Shown: in pieces, positions 10,455 to 20,105 of the stretch
Position numbering within the stretch: the first letter of the stretch is position 1
Layout: the number at the start of each line of letters is the position of its first letter
Assembly (NCBI GenBank): GCA_049570475.1
Contig: CP186953.1
Span: forward strand, 224,001-288,000
Source: Candidatus Methanosuratincola verstraetei
GTDB lineage: Archaea > Thermoproteota > Methanomethylicia > Methanomethylicales > Methanomethylicaceae
Direction: 5' to 3'
DNA: 64,000 nt
Program-made: the position numbers and the translations under genes
Notes under the pieces: generated by a model
Seen by the model: only the letters and a program-made list of their open reading frames with translations
Databases searched by the model: none
What the model was told of the DNA's origin: nothing

Positions 10455-10874
10455 ATGGTCAATGTCACTAGTGTGAGCCTGAGCCAAATCTCGGGCGAGA
10501 GGCTGATGGACCTAGAGGGCGGCATATCAAACCTCCAGGTCATGACGAACATAAGCATCACGAAGATAACGCAGTCCCGCGGGATGCTAGAGGTGGCTTT
10601 CGTATTTGCGGTGAATTACAACCCTGCGGTCGCAAACCTCATCCTGAAGGGCGTAGCCAGGGTTTCAGGGGACGAGAAGGAGCTCGAGGAAGTGAAGAAA
10701 AACTTCGAGGATAGGAAGGTCCTCCCGCCAATCGTGCTACAGTCGATCTCGAACATCTCTTTCATCGAAGGCATATTCCTTGCCAGATCCCTCAACATCC
10801 CGCCCCCCATACCGCTTCCAACCATCCAGCAACAGGAAGCCACGAAAGGGAAGAGCCCGAGCTACATAGCCTGA
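10455..10874 (+). CDS. Conserved archaeal hypothetical protein (possible SecB-like fold)
   Basis: Clean ORF with GGTG RBS; beta strands, then a helix, then PPPIPLP. Confidence 0.7.
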   Translation: MVNVTSVSLSQISGERLMDLEGGISNLQVMTNISITKITQSRGMLEVAFVFAVNYNPAVANLILKGVARVSGDEKELEEVKKNFEDRKVLPPIVLQSISNISFIEGIFLARSLNIPPPIPLPTIQQQEATKGKSPSYIA

Positions 10875-10956
10875 AGATTGCGCTGAAGGGCCAGGCAGAT
10901 GCGGATGGGCCTCCGCCTTGTACCGGATCGTGCGAGCAAGAGCAGGAGGGGGGGAT

Positions 10957-12051
10957 TTGGGGGCTAGGAGGGTGGTCCTTCTGGCGGACCTGGACTATTT
11001 CTACAGCCAGGCAGAAGAGCTCAGGAACCCATCTATGAGGGGGAAGCCGGTCGTGGTCTGCGTCTACTCTGGAAGGACAGAGGAGAGCGGTGTGGTTGCC
11101 ACTGCGAACTACGAGGCCAGGAAGTACGGCGTAAGATCAGGGATGCCCATCGCATTGGCCAAGAAAAGGCTTTCTGGGGCTGATCCTGTCTTCCTCCCTG
11201 TGGACTTTCCGTATTACAAGGAGGTCTCCGAACGGGTGATTGGCATCATGAAGGAGTATTCAGACCAGCTGGAGCAGGTCGGCTTGGACGAGGCATATCT
11301 TGACGTCAGCAACAGGGTAGAGGACTTTGCGGAGGCTGAGCAGCTTGCAAAGGAAATAAAGAGGAGGGTGCTGCAGGAGGCGGGGCTGAAACTCACGATA
11401 GGCGTAGGGCCAAACAAGATTATTGCTAAGATGGCCTCGGATGCGGCGAAGCCGGACGGTTTGATGGTCATAAGACCAGAGAATGTGGAGGAGTTCATTT
11501 CGCCCCTCCCAGTCGACAAGATCCCAGGGGTCGGGAAGAAGACGGCCGAGCGCCTCGAGCGGATGGGGATAAAGACTATCAAGGACCTTGCCCAATTCGA
11601 CCCAGTTAGGCTTGTCGATGAGTTCGGGGAGAGCCTCGGGGCTCACCTTCATGCAGCATCAAGAGGGGAAGACGAGGACCCCGTCCGGGGAAGGGCAGAA
11701 GCAGGATCGATGAGCAGGATAATCACCCTGAAGGAGAACACAAAGGACCTGAAAGCGGTATTGCCAAAGGTTGATGAGATCTGTGAAGAGATCCACGAGA
11801 GGGCGGTCAGGGAGGGCGTACTCTTCAGGACGATCGGGATCATCGCAATCACCTCCGATCTAGGGATCAAGACTAGGACAAAGAGCCTGCCGGCACCCAC
11901 CGATGACTTGGGGACTTTGAAGAGGGAGAGCTCCGAGCTGGTCAAAAAGTTCCTACAGAGCACGGACAAGGAGATCAGGAGGATTGGGGTCCACATATCC
12001 GATTTCACTCGGAGGGAAAAAGGACAGAGGACGCTATCCGGCTACATATAG
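10957..12051 (+). CDS. dinB: Y-family DNA polymerase IV (Dpo4/DinB)
   Basis: DLDYFYSQ, ATANYEARKYGVRSGMP, LDEAYLD, AKMASD; C-terminal PIP-like QRTLSGYI. Confidence 0.95.
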   Translation: MGARRVVLLADLDYFYSQAEELRNPSMRGKPVVVCVYSGRTEESGVVATANYEARKYGVRSGMPIALAKKRLSGADPVFLPVDFPYYKEVSERVIGIMKEYSDQLEQVGLDEAYLDVSNRVEDFAEAEQLAKEIKRRVLQEAGLKLTIGVGPNKIIAKMASDAAKPDGLMVIRPENVEEFISPLPVDKIPGVGKKTAERLERMGIKTIKDLAQFDPVRLVDEFGESLGAHLHAASRGEDEDPVRGRAEAGSMSRIITLKENTKDLKAVLPKVDEICEEIHERAVREGVLFRTIGIIAITSDLGIKTRTKSLPAPTDDLGTLKRESSELVKKFLQSTDKEIRRIGVHISDFTRREKGQRTLSGYI

Positions 12052-12155
12052 TGGATCTCATATAACGTGTTTATGATTAGGCTTACTTTTAGTTGCGAAA
12101 GGAAGGGAAAAACCAACGCCAACCGGCCACCGGACTGAAAAGGCTTATTTTTTGA

Positions 12156-12914
12156 ATGGATAGAGATGGATCGGTGAGCCATTTGGATCAGCGCGACATC
12201 TCCAGGAAGCTGATTGAAACAATCGGGATTGAGAAGGCACCGGTTGCGGTCAAGTTCATGAGACCCGGCGAGAGTGTGCCAGAAGGGTTCTCTGTTCCGC
12301 AGAGGAGGATGAGGTTCTGCCAAGCCGTGATGGAGGCGACATGGGGCAAGGCACTTGCCGTCCAGCCAACCGACATGGCTTGCGGACCAGGGCCCGGCTC
12401 ATTCGGGGCACCCGTGAAGGAAAAGGTATTCAGGGGGGAGGTGCACCATGCCCTCGGGCTATTTGAGAAGCCCGAGGCCGCCGTCAGGTGCCTCAGCGCC
12501 AACACTAAGATGATGCCTGGCTCGGTTGCGTATGTCCTGGTCGCCCCGCTTGAGGCAGGGATGATGGAACCAGATGTTGTCATACTGAGGGTAACCCCGG
12601 AGCAGGCGATGTGGCTTTGCCAGACTTGGACGTACCCTGAGGGGCACCACCTTAAGATAGACCTCCAGACCGAGGCATGCGTCTGTTCAGGCATAGCAGT
12701 CTCAACTTACCTGAAGAACGAGATTCAGATCGGCCTGGGTTGCTACGGTTCCCGATCAGCCACGGACATGGGGCCTGGCGAGATGCTTGTGGGGATTCCG
12801 GGCAAGCTCCTGGAGAGGACCGTTGAAGTCCTGGTCAAGATGAGCAAGCCTATCTCCGATTCAAGGAGCAAGCGAATCTTCATTGAAGCATACCCAGAAA
12901 AAAGAGGCGATTAA
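12156..12914 (+). CDS. DUF169 family protein
   Basis: PVAVKF, RFCQAV, PDVVI, ACVC, LGCYGSR. Confidence 0.85.
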   Translation: MDRDGSVSHLDQRDISRKLIETIGIEKAPVAVKFMRPGESVPEGFSVPQRRMRFCQAVMEATWGKALAVQPTDMACGPGPGSFGAPVKEKVFRGEVHHALGLFEKPEAAVRCLSANTKMMPGSVAYVLVAPLEAGMMEPDVVILRVTPEQAMWLCQTWTYPEGHHLKIDLQTEACVCSGIAVSTYLKNEIQIGLGCYGSRSATDMGPGEMLVGIPGKLLERTVEVLVKMSKPISDSRSKRIFIEAYPEKRGD

Positions 12915-13053
12915 TGAAATCAACACGCCGCTTCCCTTCATCCCGCCTAAGAATAAGAGTGATTGAAACCATGAGTCCATTTTGGCGTGATTGGTATGCA
13001 ACTAGCACCTTTTTTAATTTTGGAACCATGTTGGAATAGGGAGGTGACGGGTC

Positions 13054-13206
13054 ATGGAAACGACCGTGCGCGTGGATGGCGAAGAGATACCCCTGAATGA
13101 GTTCGTCTCAAAGATTCTTGCAGGGGTCGTATCTGGCGCAGTGATGTCCCTGAGGGGGGTTGGCGAAGACTGGAAGAAAATAGAGATCGAAGTGAGGCGC
13201 AGCTGA
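13054..13206 (+). CDS. 50-aa protein resembling the C-terminal domain of archaeal MobB
   Basis: Absent from ORF track; strong GGAGGTGA RBS; METTVRVDGEEIPLNEFVSKILAGVVSGAVMSLRGVGEDWKKIEIEVRRS. Confidence 0.75.
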   Translation: METTVRVDGEEIPLNEFVSKILAGVVSGAVMSLRGVGEDWKKIEIEVRRS

Positions 13207-13210
13207 TCAT

Positions 13211-13789
13211 TCATCCAACGAGCTCGAGCTTCACTTCGGCGAACATCTCTTTCTTTGCCTTGCAGATCGGGCAAATGTAAGGCGGCTCATCCCTGAAGGC
13301 GACATATCCGCACTGCTTGCAGTACCATAGCTTCATGCCTGGCTCACCACCCTCTTTCTTCTCCTCTTTCTCCTTTTCTTTTTCTACACTCCTGATCTCG
13401 GCTTTCTCCACACCACCGGACCCTACCGCTGGAGCCCCAGAGGCATAGGAAAGCGCTGCCGCCTGCTTTTTCGCGGGCCTCCGCTCCGGGACAGGGCGCA
13501 GGGGAGTTTTTCCCTCGAAAACGTCCCTCCTAACATAGAGGGCGCAGTAGCAGGCCCCGTACTCCTCCACATCGGCATCCCTGTAGTCGCACGGGCATAT
13601 TATGTCCCGATCCAGCCCGAAATTTCCTGTCGCAATCCTGCATGGGCAGGACGGATATCCGTACCGGCGTTCATTTTCGACGAGCCCTTCAAGAAGGTCT
13701 TTGAGGAAAGACTCGTCAGGGTTTAGGAAGTACCCCCTCGACTTTGCATCGCTTTCAGCCCTCCTTCTTGCCTCATCTATTGTCGTCAA
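13211..13789 (-). CDS. Ferredoxin:thioredoxin reductase catalytic-subunit-like protein with C-terminal rubredoxin-like domain
   Basis: CPC...CPC...CYC motifs; C-terminal CKQCGY...CPIC. Confidence 0.9.
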   Translation of the reverse strand: MTTIDEARRRAESDAKSRGYFLNPDESFLKDLLEGLVENERRYGYPSCPCRIATGNFGLDRDIICPCDYRDADVEEYGACYCALYVRRDVFEGKTPLRPVPERRPAKKQAAALSYASGAPAVGSGGVEKAEIRSVEKEKEKEEKKEGGEPGMKLWYCKQCGYVAFRDEPPYICPICKAKKEMFAEVKLELVG

Positions 13790-14088
13790 ACGCCGAGAGC
13801 CTCCTTCAGCGCATCCTCCTTGAACCCGAGTATCTGGACCTTGTCATCAATTATTATTAACGGGAAGCTCATGGGCGCGCCGCGCTTCTCCAGCTCTGAC
13901 CTTACTGCAGCTAGGTCCTCTTGCGAACACCGGTCAACATCAACGTATTCGAACTCGATTCCATGTTCCTCTAAGAACTTTTTCGTCTTCTTGCACCAGG
14001 CACAAGTGCTCAGCGCGTAAAGAAAGACTTTGTGCCGCTTGTCTTTGCCAGGGACTTTTACAACCTGCATGATGACCACAGTTAGCAT
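13786..14088 (-). CDS. Glutaredoxin/NrdH-like redoxin
   Basis: LSTCAWCKK, SFPLIII, GF. Confidence 0.9.
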   Translation of the reverse strand: MLTVVIMQVVKVPGKDKRHKVFLYALSTCAWCKKTKKFLEEHGIEFEYVDVDRCSQEDLAAVRSELEKRGAPMSFPLIIIDDKVQILGFKEDALKEALGV

Positions 14089-14145
14089 TATTCATTTGAC
14101 AGGATATAACGCTTTTCTGCTATGATACTTTTTTCACATATGCGC

Positions 14146-15147
14146 CTAAATGTATCCATTTTTAATATACCAGTCAACGGTCTCCTGCAGACCCTTACGC
14201 AAATCGTATTTTGGCAGGTAGCCGAGTTCTGTTTTTGCCTTTTCAATGCTGTATGCCCTGTCTTGGGTCACCGACTGGATCGTGGATACATGGTACAAGA
14301 AGCTCTCCTTGCCGGCGATCCTGTTGAATGCCTCGATCGGCAGCACCAAGGCTGCTGAGATCCACTTTGGGACATGCATCTTAGGCGGCTTTCGGTTGCA
14401 AAGCTCAGACAGGATCGAGTAGACCTCCTCGTAAGTGTATGCGCGCTCGTCGCTTATTATATAGGTCTTTCCAGAAGAAATCTCAGGCTTCTCGATAGCA
14501 AGAAGGAATCCTTGGGCGACATCCTTCACGTGGACGAATTGTATGAGGTTCTTCCCGCTCCCGACGATGAACCGGGTGGGCAGGGCATTCTTTGCAAAAG
14601 ATGTGATTGTCCAGTAGGAAACATCGTCCACATTCCTGGGCCCGTAGATCCCGGAGGGTCTCAGGATCGTGAAGGCCATGCCGCCCTTTGAGCTGCAAGA
14701 ATCCCTCACGATCCCCTCGGCGATAAGCTTCGACTTCCCATACGCATACTGAGGGGTTGGCGGCGTGTGCTCGTCTGCAGGCGGGTCCTTGACTGGCCCG
14801 ATTACTTCAGTGGTGCTGCAATATACGAAATGGCGGATTCCATTTAGCCTGGCAGCGTCAACCATCGCTTTAGTGCCGTCTATGTTGATCTTTTTGTAGA
14901 GCTCCCATTTGCCATGGAACGTGTAGTATGCCGCAAGATGCACTACTGCGTCTGCCCCCCTCAAAGACTCCGAGATCCCTTCACCTGTCTCCAGGTCAAT
15001 GTATCTCAGCTCGACGCCCAAGGGGGAGAGCACCGACAGGTCGCTGCGCCTCCTCACCAGTGCGACAACTTCGTGACCATTCTCCACAAGCGTCTCCGAG
15101 AGGTGCCCTCCCAGGAAGCCAGACGCCCCAGTCACAGCCACCCTCAA
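14146..15147 (-). CDS. NAD-dependent epimerase/dehydratase (extended SDR)
   Basis: VTGASGFLG, HLAA, YGKSK, LRPSGIYGP. Confidence 0.92.
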   Translation of the reverse strand: MRVAVTGASGFLGGHLSETLVENGHEVVALVRRRSDLSVLSPLGVELRYIDLETGEGISESLRGADAVVHLAAYYTFHGKWELYKKINIDGTKAMVDAARLNGIRHFVYCSTTEVIGPVKDPPADEHTPPTPQYAYGKSKLIAEGIVRDSCSSKGGMAFTILRPSGIYGPRNVDDVSYWTITSFAKNALPTRFIVGSGKNLIQFVHVKDVAQGFLLAIEKPEISSGKTYIISDERAYTYEEVYSILSELCNRKPPKMHVPKWISAALVLPIEAFNRIAGKESFLYHVSTIQSVTQDRAYSIEKAKTELGYLPKYDLRKGLQETVDWYIKNGYI

Positions 15148-15161
15148 TCTCTACACCCGCA

Positions 15162-16604
15162 CTATTCAGCCAGGATCCTATCCCGCCTGTAAACTGCATA
15201 GGTGAACGCTTGGGCCAGGTTCATGCCGTCGTAAGGCTCGAGCGCGCTGCGCATGTACATGTCCTCAAGGGGCAGTATCCTGAAGATCCCTCGCTCTGCC
15301 AGACCCTTGCAGAGGCGCTCCCTCACATCGTCCGATACACTAAGCCCCACCGACTGTACCCCGTCAATACCCCTGAAGGATTTCCTCTTTGGAAGGCCCT
15401 CTATCATCTCAAGAGCGTCCTCGTAATTCTCGACGACGATAATCTCTATGAATCTGCGCCTTGCGTGCAGCCCGAACTCAGGGAACGCCTGAATAGCATC
15501 GTCCAGGATGCTCCTTGACTTGGAGAGGGCAATAGTCCAAGATGGTGAAGAGGCCGACTTGAAGACCATTGAGCCCTTGAACTGGAGGGAACGGCGGACG
15601 GCCTCGATTATGTACGCATGGGATTCGGTCAGTTTGGGCGGCAATTTCTCGGTCAGCTCGTCGAGCCTTTTTCCTACGCGGTTGACAAATTCAACGGCCT
15701 CCGCCCACCCGCCTACAAAGACCCCTTCAGTCGGGGAGCTGCACAGCTGCTGGTCGTAGAGCAAGATGTTCTTGGCTAGCCCCAAAGCCGCAGATTCATC
15801 CGCACCCGCGGCGTCCACGATGGCATAGCCCGTCAGCGGCCCGTTTATTATGAGGGCCGGGTGGCTTGGGTTAGATGAGACGCGCCTGCTGATCTCTGTC
15901 CTAGCCGGCTCCCCTCCCCAGAAGTTGATGACGCCGATCTTCGACTTGCTCAGCAGGTATTCAAGCGAAGGGCTGTCGTGGGAGAAGTAGCTTATCGTCA
16001 GTGCCTCCCGCATCAACTCAGCCACATCCCCGCCCATCTCCTCGAGGAGCGAATATACCGCCTTCACGCCGGAGAAGTTTGCGAGAGATGGCCTGAGCAG
16101 AGTCATGTTGCCGGTCGCGAGCGAGATCGTCGTGGGTATCAGCGGCGGTATCAGCGAGTTGCCGGAGCTTATGATGAAGACGGGCCCGCGCGGCCTGAAC
16201 CAGCAGTACTCGTCATTGCCGACCTTTGTGAACCTATCGAGGCAAGAGATGCCGGGCGGGAAAGAAGCGTCAAGGTTCTGCTTTATGCTTAGGGCATTGA
16301 TGGCAGAATGCACGAGCGAGAACTCCAGGTCGATCATCCCAGGGCTGTACCCAGTGGAGTCGGAGAGTTCGCTCTTCAATGCATCCAGTTCCCCTTTTCG
16401 GTGCTTTTCCGCCCAAGCCTTACCAATCTTATCGATTACGATCAGTCGCTCCTCCAATGGTATAGAGCAGAGGCGGTTCTGCACTTCCGTTGCCTTGGAA
16501 AAGAGATCGGAGAGCCCGTCCTCGCTGATCTCTGCCACTACATGGTTGCCAACCTTCTTCTCTATGCATGCGTATGCCCGATTGGAGAGCGGGGTAAGGG
16601 CCAT
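15162..16604 (-). CDS. LuxC-like acyl-CoA/acyl-protein reductase
   Basis: PRGPVFIISSGN, FWGG, YDQQLCSSP (catalytic Cys), PYDG. Confidence 0.82.
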   Translation of the reverse strand: MALTPLSNRAYACIEKKVGNHVVAEISEDGLSDLFSKATEVQNRLCSIPLEERLIVIDKIGKAWAEKHRKGELDALKSELSDSTGYSPGMIDLEFSLVHSAINALSIKQNLDASFPPGISCLDRFTKVGNDEYCWFRPRGPVFIISSGNSLIPPLIPTTISLATGNMTLLRPSLANFSGVKAVYSLLEEMGGDVAELMREALTISYFSHDSPSLEYLLSKSKIGVINFWGGEPARTEISRRVSSNPSHPALIINGPLTGYAIVDAAGADESAALGLAKNILLYDQQLCSSPTEGVFVGGWAEAVEFVNRVGKRLDELTEKLPPKLTESHAYIIEAVRRSLQFKGSMVFKSASSPSWTIALSKSRSILDDAIQAFPEFGLHARRRFIEIIVVENYEDALEMIEGLPKRKSFRGIDGVQSVGLSVSDDVRERLCKGLAERGIFRILPLEDMYMRSALEPYDGMNLAQAFTYAVYRRDRILAE

Positions 16605-16614
16605 CGGCGATCCA

Positions 16615-17877
16615 CTATCCCTTTGTAGTCATCATCTCTTCCATGGTGCCGCCGCAGGCACGCTGGAGGTCCCAGCCCTCTTCCACGGTGAAGCGGCGTA
16701 TGTACTTGAACTCCCTTCCGTAGTAGCTCGTTGAGGGCATCGAAGACATCAGATCGCCAGGGTAGAAGGTCTCCAGCCAAGAAGTGACAAATGGATTGAA
16801 TATGCCCAGTATGCCCTCCTTGCCATCCTCCTCAATCACGTTGTATGTCTTGGGGTCTAGGAGGAACACATGGGAGAGCGGGTGTGGTATTTTGTTCAGG
16901 GATCCATGCCGATCGATGAGGGCTGTGAGGGTCTCAGTCATCCCTAGGACGTCCATAAAAGGCGTGGGGGTCTCGGCACCTGAGGGATCCTTCGCAGTGA
17001 AGTATTTCCTCGATATTGACACGATATCGTCGTAAGGTGGCAGGGCATAGCCTTTCGATCCGCCCCCTGTGACGATGACCCCACCTCTGCCAAGCTCTAT
17101 CGGAGGGGTGCCGGTGACAAGCTTGTAGACTATCCGCTTGAGGATATTCATCTTTTCGAAATTCTGAGAGAGCAAGTAGATTCCGGCTGGTGCAGTGAAG
17201 AGGAGCTTGGGCTCCGCCTTGCTCTTCATGAATTTCAATATGCGTTCCTTGTTTGGCACTAACTTCTGCCATTGCGTCCCAGAAGCCTCTCCCTGAATCA
17301 AATCCATGCCATAAAGCAGCTCGATGTTCTTGTACTCCAGGGTCAGTTGCACAAATGCCACGAAGCTAAGCTTGTGCCTAAGCTCTGGGGCAGCCAAGAA
17401 GAGGGCGATCCCTTTCCCTTCCTCCAGCTTGTTGCCATAAACATGCTCAAAGAGGTATGTATTGGCCTTGATCATTATTGCGAGATCGAGCGGGCTTCGG
17501 TAGATCTTGACGGGATCCTTCCCGGTCGTGCCGCTAGAGGTGAAGTACTCGCCGCCCTGCTCAACATCATCTATGAGAAACTGCCTGTGACCGTCACCCC
17601 TCAGCATGTCAGAGGGGATGGCAAGCTTTGCCAGGTCCGGAAAATCAGCATTCTTAGGGTCGATGCCTAGCCTCTCGAAGAGCCGCGAGTAATATGTGCT
17701 GTGCCTCTTGAAAAAGTCAAGGGACTCCCTCAGCATCTCTCTCCTCAAGGAAAGCAAGAAGTCAGGAGACTTCCTGAAAAGGGTCGTATCCCCAATCAAT
17801 CTCCAGACTTTTTCCACAAAAGGATCCTTGAGGAGGCGGCTCTCGGAGGCCCTCTTGAAGATCTCTGATGAGCTCAT
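16615..17877 (-). CDS. LuxE-like acyl-protein synthetase (ANL-related)
   Basis: FTSSGTTG, TGGGSKG, DVLGMTE, GD motif, C-terminal RAC. Confidence 0.8.
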   Translation of the reverse strand: MSSSEIFKRASESRLLKDPFVEKVWRLIGDTTLFRKSPDFLLSLRREMLRESLDFFKRHSTYYSRLFERLGIDPKNADFPDLAKLAIPSDMLRGDGHRQFLIDDVEQGGEYFTSSGTTGKDPVKIYRSPLDLAIMIKANTYLFEHVYGNKLEEGKGIALFLAAPELRHKLSFVAFVQLTLEYKNIELLYGMDLIQGEASGTQWQKLVPNKERILKFMKSKAEPKLLFTAPAGIYLLSQNFEKMNILKRIVYKLVTGTPPIELGRGGVIVTGGGSKGYALPPYDDIVSISRKYFTAKDPSGAETPTPFMDVLGMTETLTALIDRHGSLNKIPHPLSHVFLLDPKTYNVIEEDGKEGILGIFNPFVTSWLETFYPGDLMSSMPSTSYYGREFKYIRRFTVEEGWDLQRACGGTMEEMMTTKG

Positions 17878-18012
17878 CGGTTACACCCGAACTTGTAAAG
17901 TGATATGATCAGGGGGTTTAAAAAAGTGAGCCCGCGGCGGCAGATGCTTATCTGAAAATCGAGGAAAAAATCGGATTGGATCTAGAAATAAAAAAATCAG
18001 ATTGGAATATGG

Positions 18013-18273
18013 CTAAAGGACACCGGCTTCCCTGATTGCGTTCTTCAAGGTGTTCTTTGTCGGGCAAACGCCTATTATCCGGATGTCCCTGTCTATAACT
18101 ATAGCAGGGCTTACTTTGAGACCGTATTCCTTGGCTTTCTCGGTGAGCCCCTTGTGGACCTCGACATCGATCTTGTCTCCGTACTCCTGCTTGATCTCTT
18201 CCATCAGCTTGAGGACTAGCCTGCCCCCTGAGCAGGGCGGCTGGGACGCGAATACCTCGATCTTAAGCGCCAC
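18013..18273 (-). CDS. Thioredoxin-fold protein with degenerate CxxG site
   Basis: PPCSGG, YGLKVSPAIVID, IIGVCP. Confidence 0.8.
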   Translation of the reverse strand: MALKIEVFASQPPCSGGRLVLKLMEEIKQEYGDKIDVEVHKGLTEKAKEYGLKVSPAIVIDRDIRIIGVCPTKNTLKNAIREAGVL

Positions 18274-18275
18274 GT

Positions 18276-18533
18276 CTACACCCCCATCTCTTTCAGCGAA
18301 GCGATCAATGTTTCCATATCAGGGCAAACCCCCATCAGCATTATCCGCCCCCCTTCAAAGACCACCGCAGGAACCACTGTAAGCCCGTATTCATCGAATT
18401 CCTTGCACGGCCCCACGTGCTTTATGATCTCAACGCGATCCCCGTATTTCTCGGCAAGCTCGTCAGCCAGCCTTAGGAGCTCAACGCAGCCTGCGCAAGG
18501 AGGCTCTGCTGTGAAGAACTCAACTTTCACCAT
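18276..18533 (-). CDS. Small thioredoxin-fold protein
   Basis: PPCAGC, YGLTVVPAVVF, LMGVCP; ATG at 18533 after GAGG RBS. Confidence 0.85.
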   Translation of the reverse strand: MVKVEFFTAEPPCAGCVELLRLADELAEKYGDRVEIIKHVGPCKEFDEYGLTVVPAVVFEGGRIMLMGVCPDMETLIASLKEMGV

Positions 18534-18610
18534 TATCGAAAACCTCACATTCATTTTTTGAATTGATAAATATATAATTTTCCAAATGCAAGGCTGAACG
18601 TGTGCAGAAA

Positions 18611-18949
18611 TCACATGGCTCTTTCAGACTGTGAAAAAGTCTTTGCGAGGTCCGAGATCGATCTCATCGCTATCCTGTCGACCTCTTCGAGTATCCTGAA
18701 GACGCCTTCTCCGGACACCCAGTATATCGTCTTCTTCCCCTCGGTCCGCCGCCCCAATATGCCTGACCTGTACAGCATGTCCAAGTCCTTTGATATAGTG
18801 GATTGGGATCTCCTCAACAGAGGGATTAGTTCGCACACGCACCGCTCCCCATCCTTGAGTGCATAGATTATCTTAAGCCTCACAGGGTCGCAAAGTGCCT
18901 TGAGTACGCTCGCCCTCAACTCGTTTATACGGTCATTCGGAAGCTCCAT
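18611..18949 (-). CDS. ArsR/SmtB family transcriptional regulator
   Basis: KALCDPVRLKII, ERCVCEL, SQSTISKDL. Confidence 0.93.
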   Translation of the reverse strand: MELPNDRINELRASVLKALCDPVRLKIIYALKDGERCVCELIPLLRRSQSTISKDLDMLYRSGILGRRTEGKKTIYWVSGEGVFRILEEVDRIAMRSISDLAKTFSQSERAM

Positions 18950-19130
18950 GAGAGCATCTCATTTGATCAATCGATATAAACATATCTACAAATTCAGATA
19001 TTAATCGGAATCAGAAGTCAGGCTAACAAGGTGCCCTACAAAGCAGATGGAATTCAACCAGTCATCTGACGGGGATGGAATAAAGAGATTAAAGAGAGGG
19101 TCGGTTTAAACTGATATTAGCATACCGCAA

Positions 19131-20105
19131 ATGGCGGGATTGAGCATGATAATTCAGACATTCGGGATAACCAAGAGGTACAAGAACATCACCGCCGTGA
19201 ACCACATAGATCTCTCCATCGAGGAGGGGAAGATCTTTGGCCTCCTTGGGCCTAACGGGGCAGGGAAGACCACATTGCTATCCATGCTAGCCACCCTGAT
19301 CCCGCCGACTGAGGGGACCGCAAAAGTCAATGGCTATGACATCAGGAAGGAGCCCGGAAAGGTACGGGCATCAATAGGCATGGTATTCCAGACTCCCAGT
19401 TCGGATGAGATCCTGACAGGGAGGGAGAACCTGTACCTGCACGCCCTGTTGTACGGAGTGCCCAAGGAGGAGAGGGAGAAGAGGATAGAGGATGTTCTGG
19501 AACTTGTAGACCTGGCAGACAGGGCGAATGACCTTGTCAAGACTTACTCAGGCGGAATGAGGAGGAGGCTTGAGCTCGCGAGGGGGCTTCTCCACAGGCC
19601 CAAAATCCTCTTCCTTGACGAGCCAACACTAGGCCTGGATCCGCAAACGAGGCAGCACATCTGGGACTACATAAAGAGGCTCTCCAAAGAGCAAGGCGTG
19701 ACGATCATTATCACGACGCATTATATGGAGGAGGCGGACTCCCTCTGCGACCGCGTGGCGATAATAGACCATGGGGAGATCAAAGCGCTCGACTCACCAT
19801 CGATGCTTAAAATGAAAGTGGGGAAAAGCATGATTAAGGCAAGGGTCGAGAGCCCGAATCTTGATTACATTAGGGGGCTGCCATATGTGATAAAGGCAGA
19901 GGCGAAGGATGGGACTGTGACAATAATCCTGAGCGAGGCTGGCGCGCACATACAGGAGATCCTGTGCAACCTGGGGAACGTCTCTTTTGTGGAGCTCAGG
20001 GAGCCGACGCTGAACGATGTCTTCCTTCAGATAACCGGGAAGGAGATGAGGGTAGAGTCTGCGGAAGGATGGGCAGAGGTGTATGCGAGGGCTGGTTCAA
20101 GATGA
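19131..20105 (+). CDS. ABC-2/DrrA-type exporter ATP-binding subunit
   Basis: GPNGAGKT, YSGGMRRR, LFLDEPT, TTHY. Confidence 0.95.
   Translation: MAGLSMIIQTFGITKRYKNITAVNHIDLSIEEGKIFGLLGPNGAGKTTLLSMLATLIPPTEGTAKVNGYDIRKEPGKVRASIGMVFQTPSSDEILTGRENLYLHALLYGVPKEEREKRIEDVLELVDLADRANDLVKTYSGGMRRRLELARGLLHRPKILFLDEPTLGLDPQTRQHIWDYIKRLSKEQGVTIIITTHYMEEADSLCDRVAIIDHGEIKALDSPSMLKMKVGKSMIKARVESPNLDYIRGLPYVIKAEAKDGTVTIILSEAGAHIQEILCNLGNVSFVELREPTLNDVFLQITGKEMRVESAEGWAEVYARAGSR

Noticed and set aside
15162-17877. Bioluminescence operon
   Set aside because: No luxA/luxB/luxD in the window; LuxC/E-like genes also occur in non-luminous organisms
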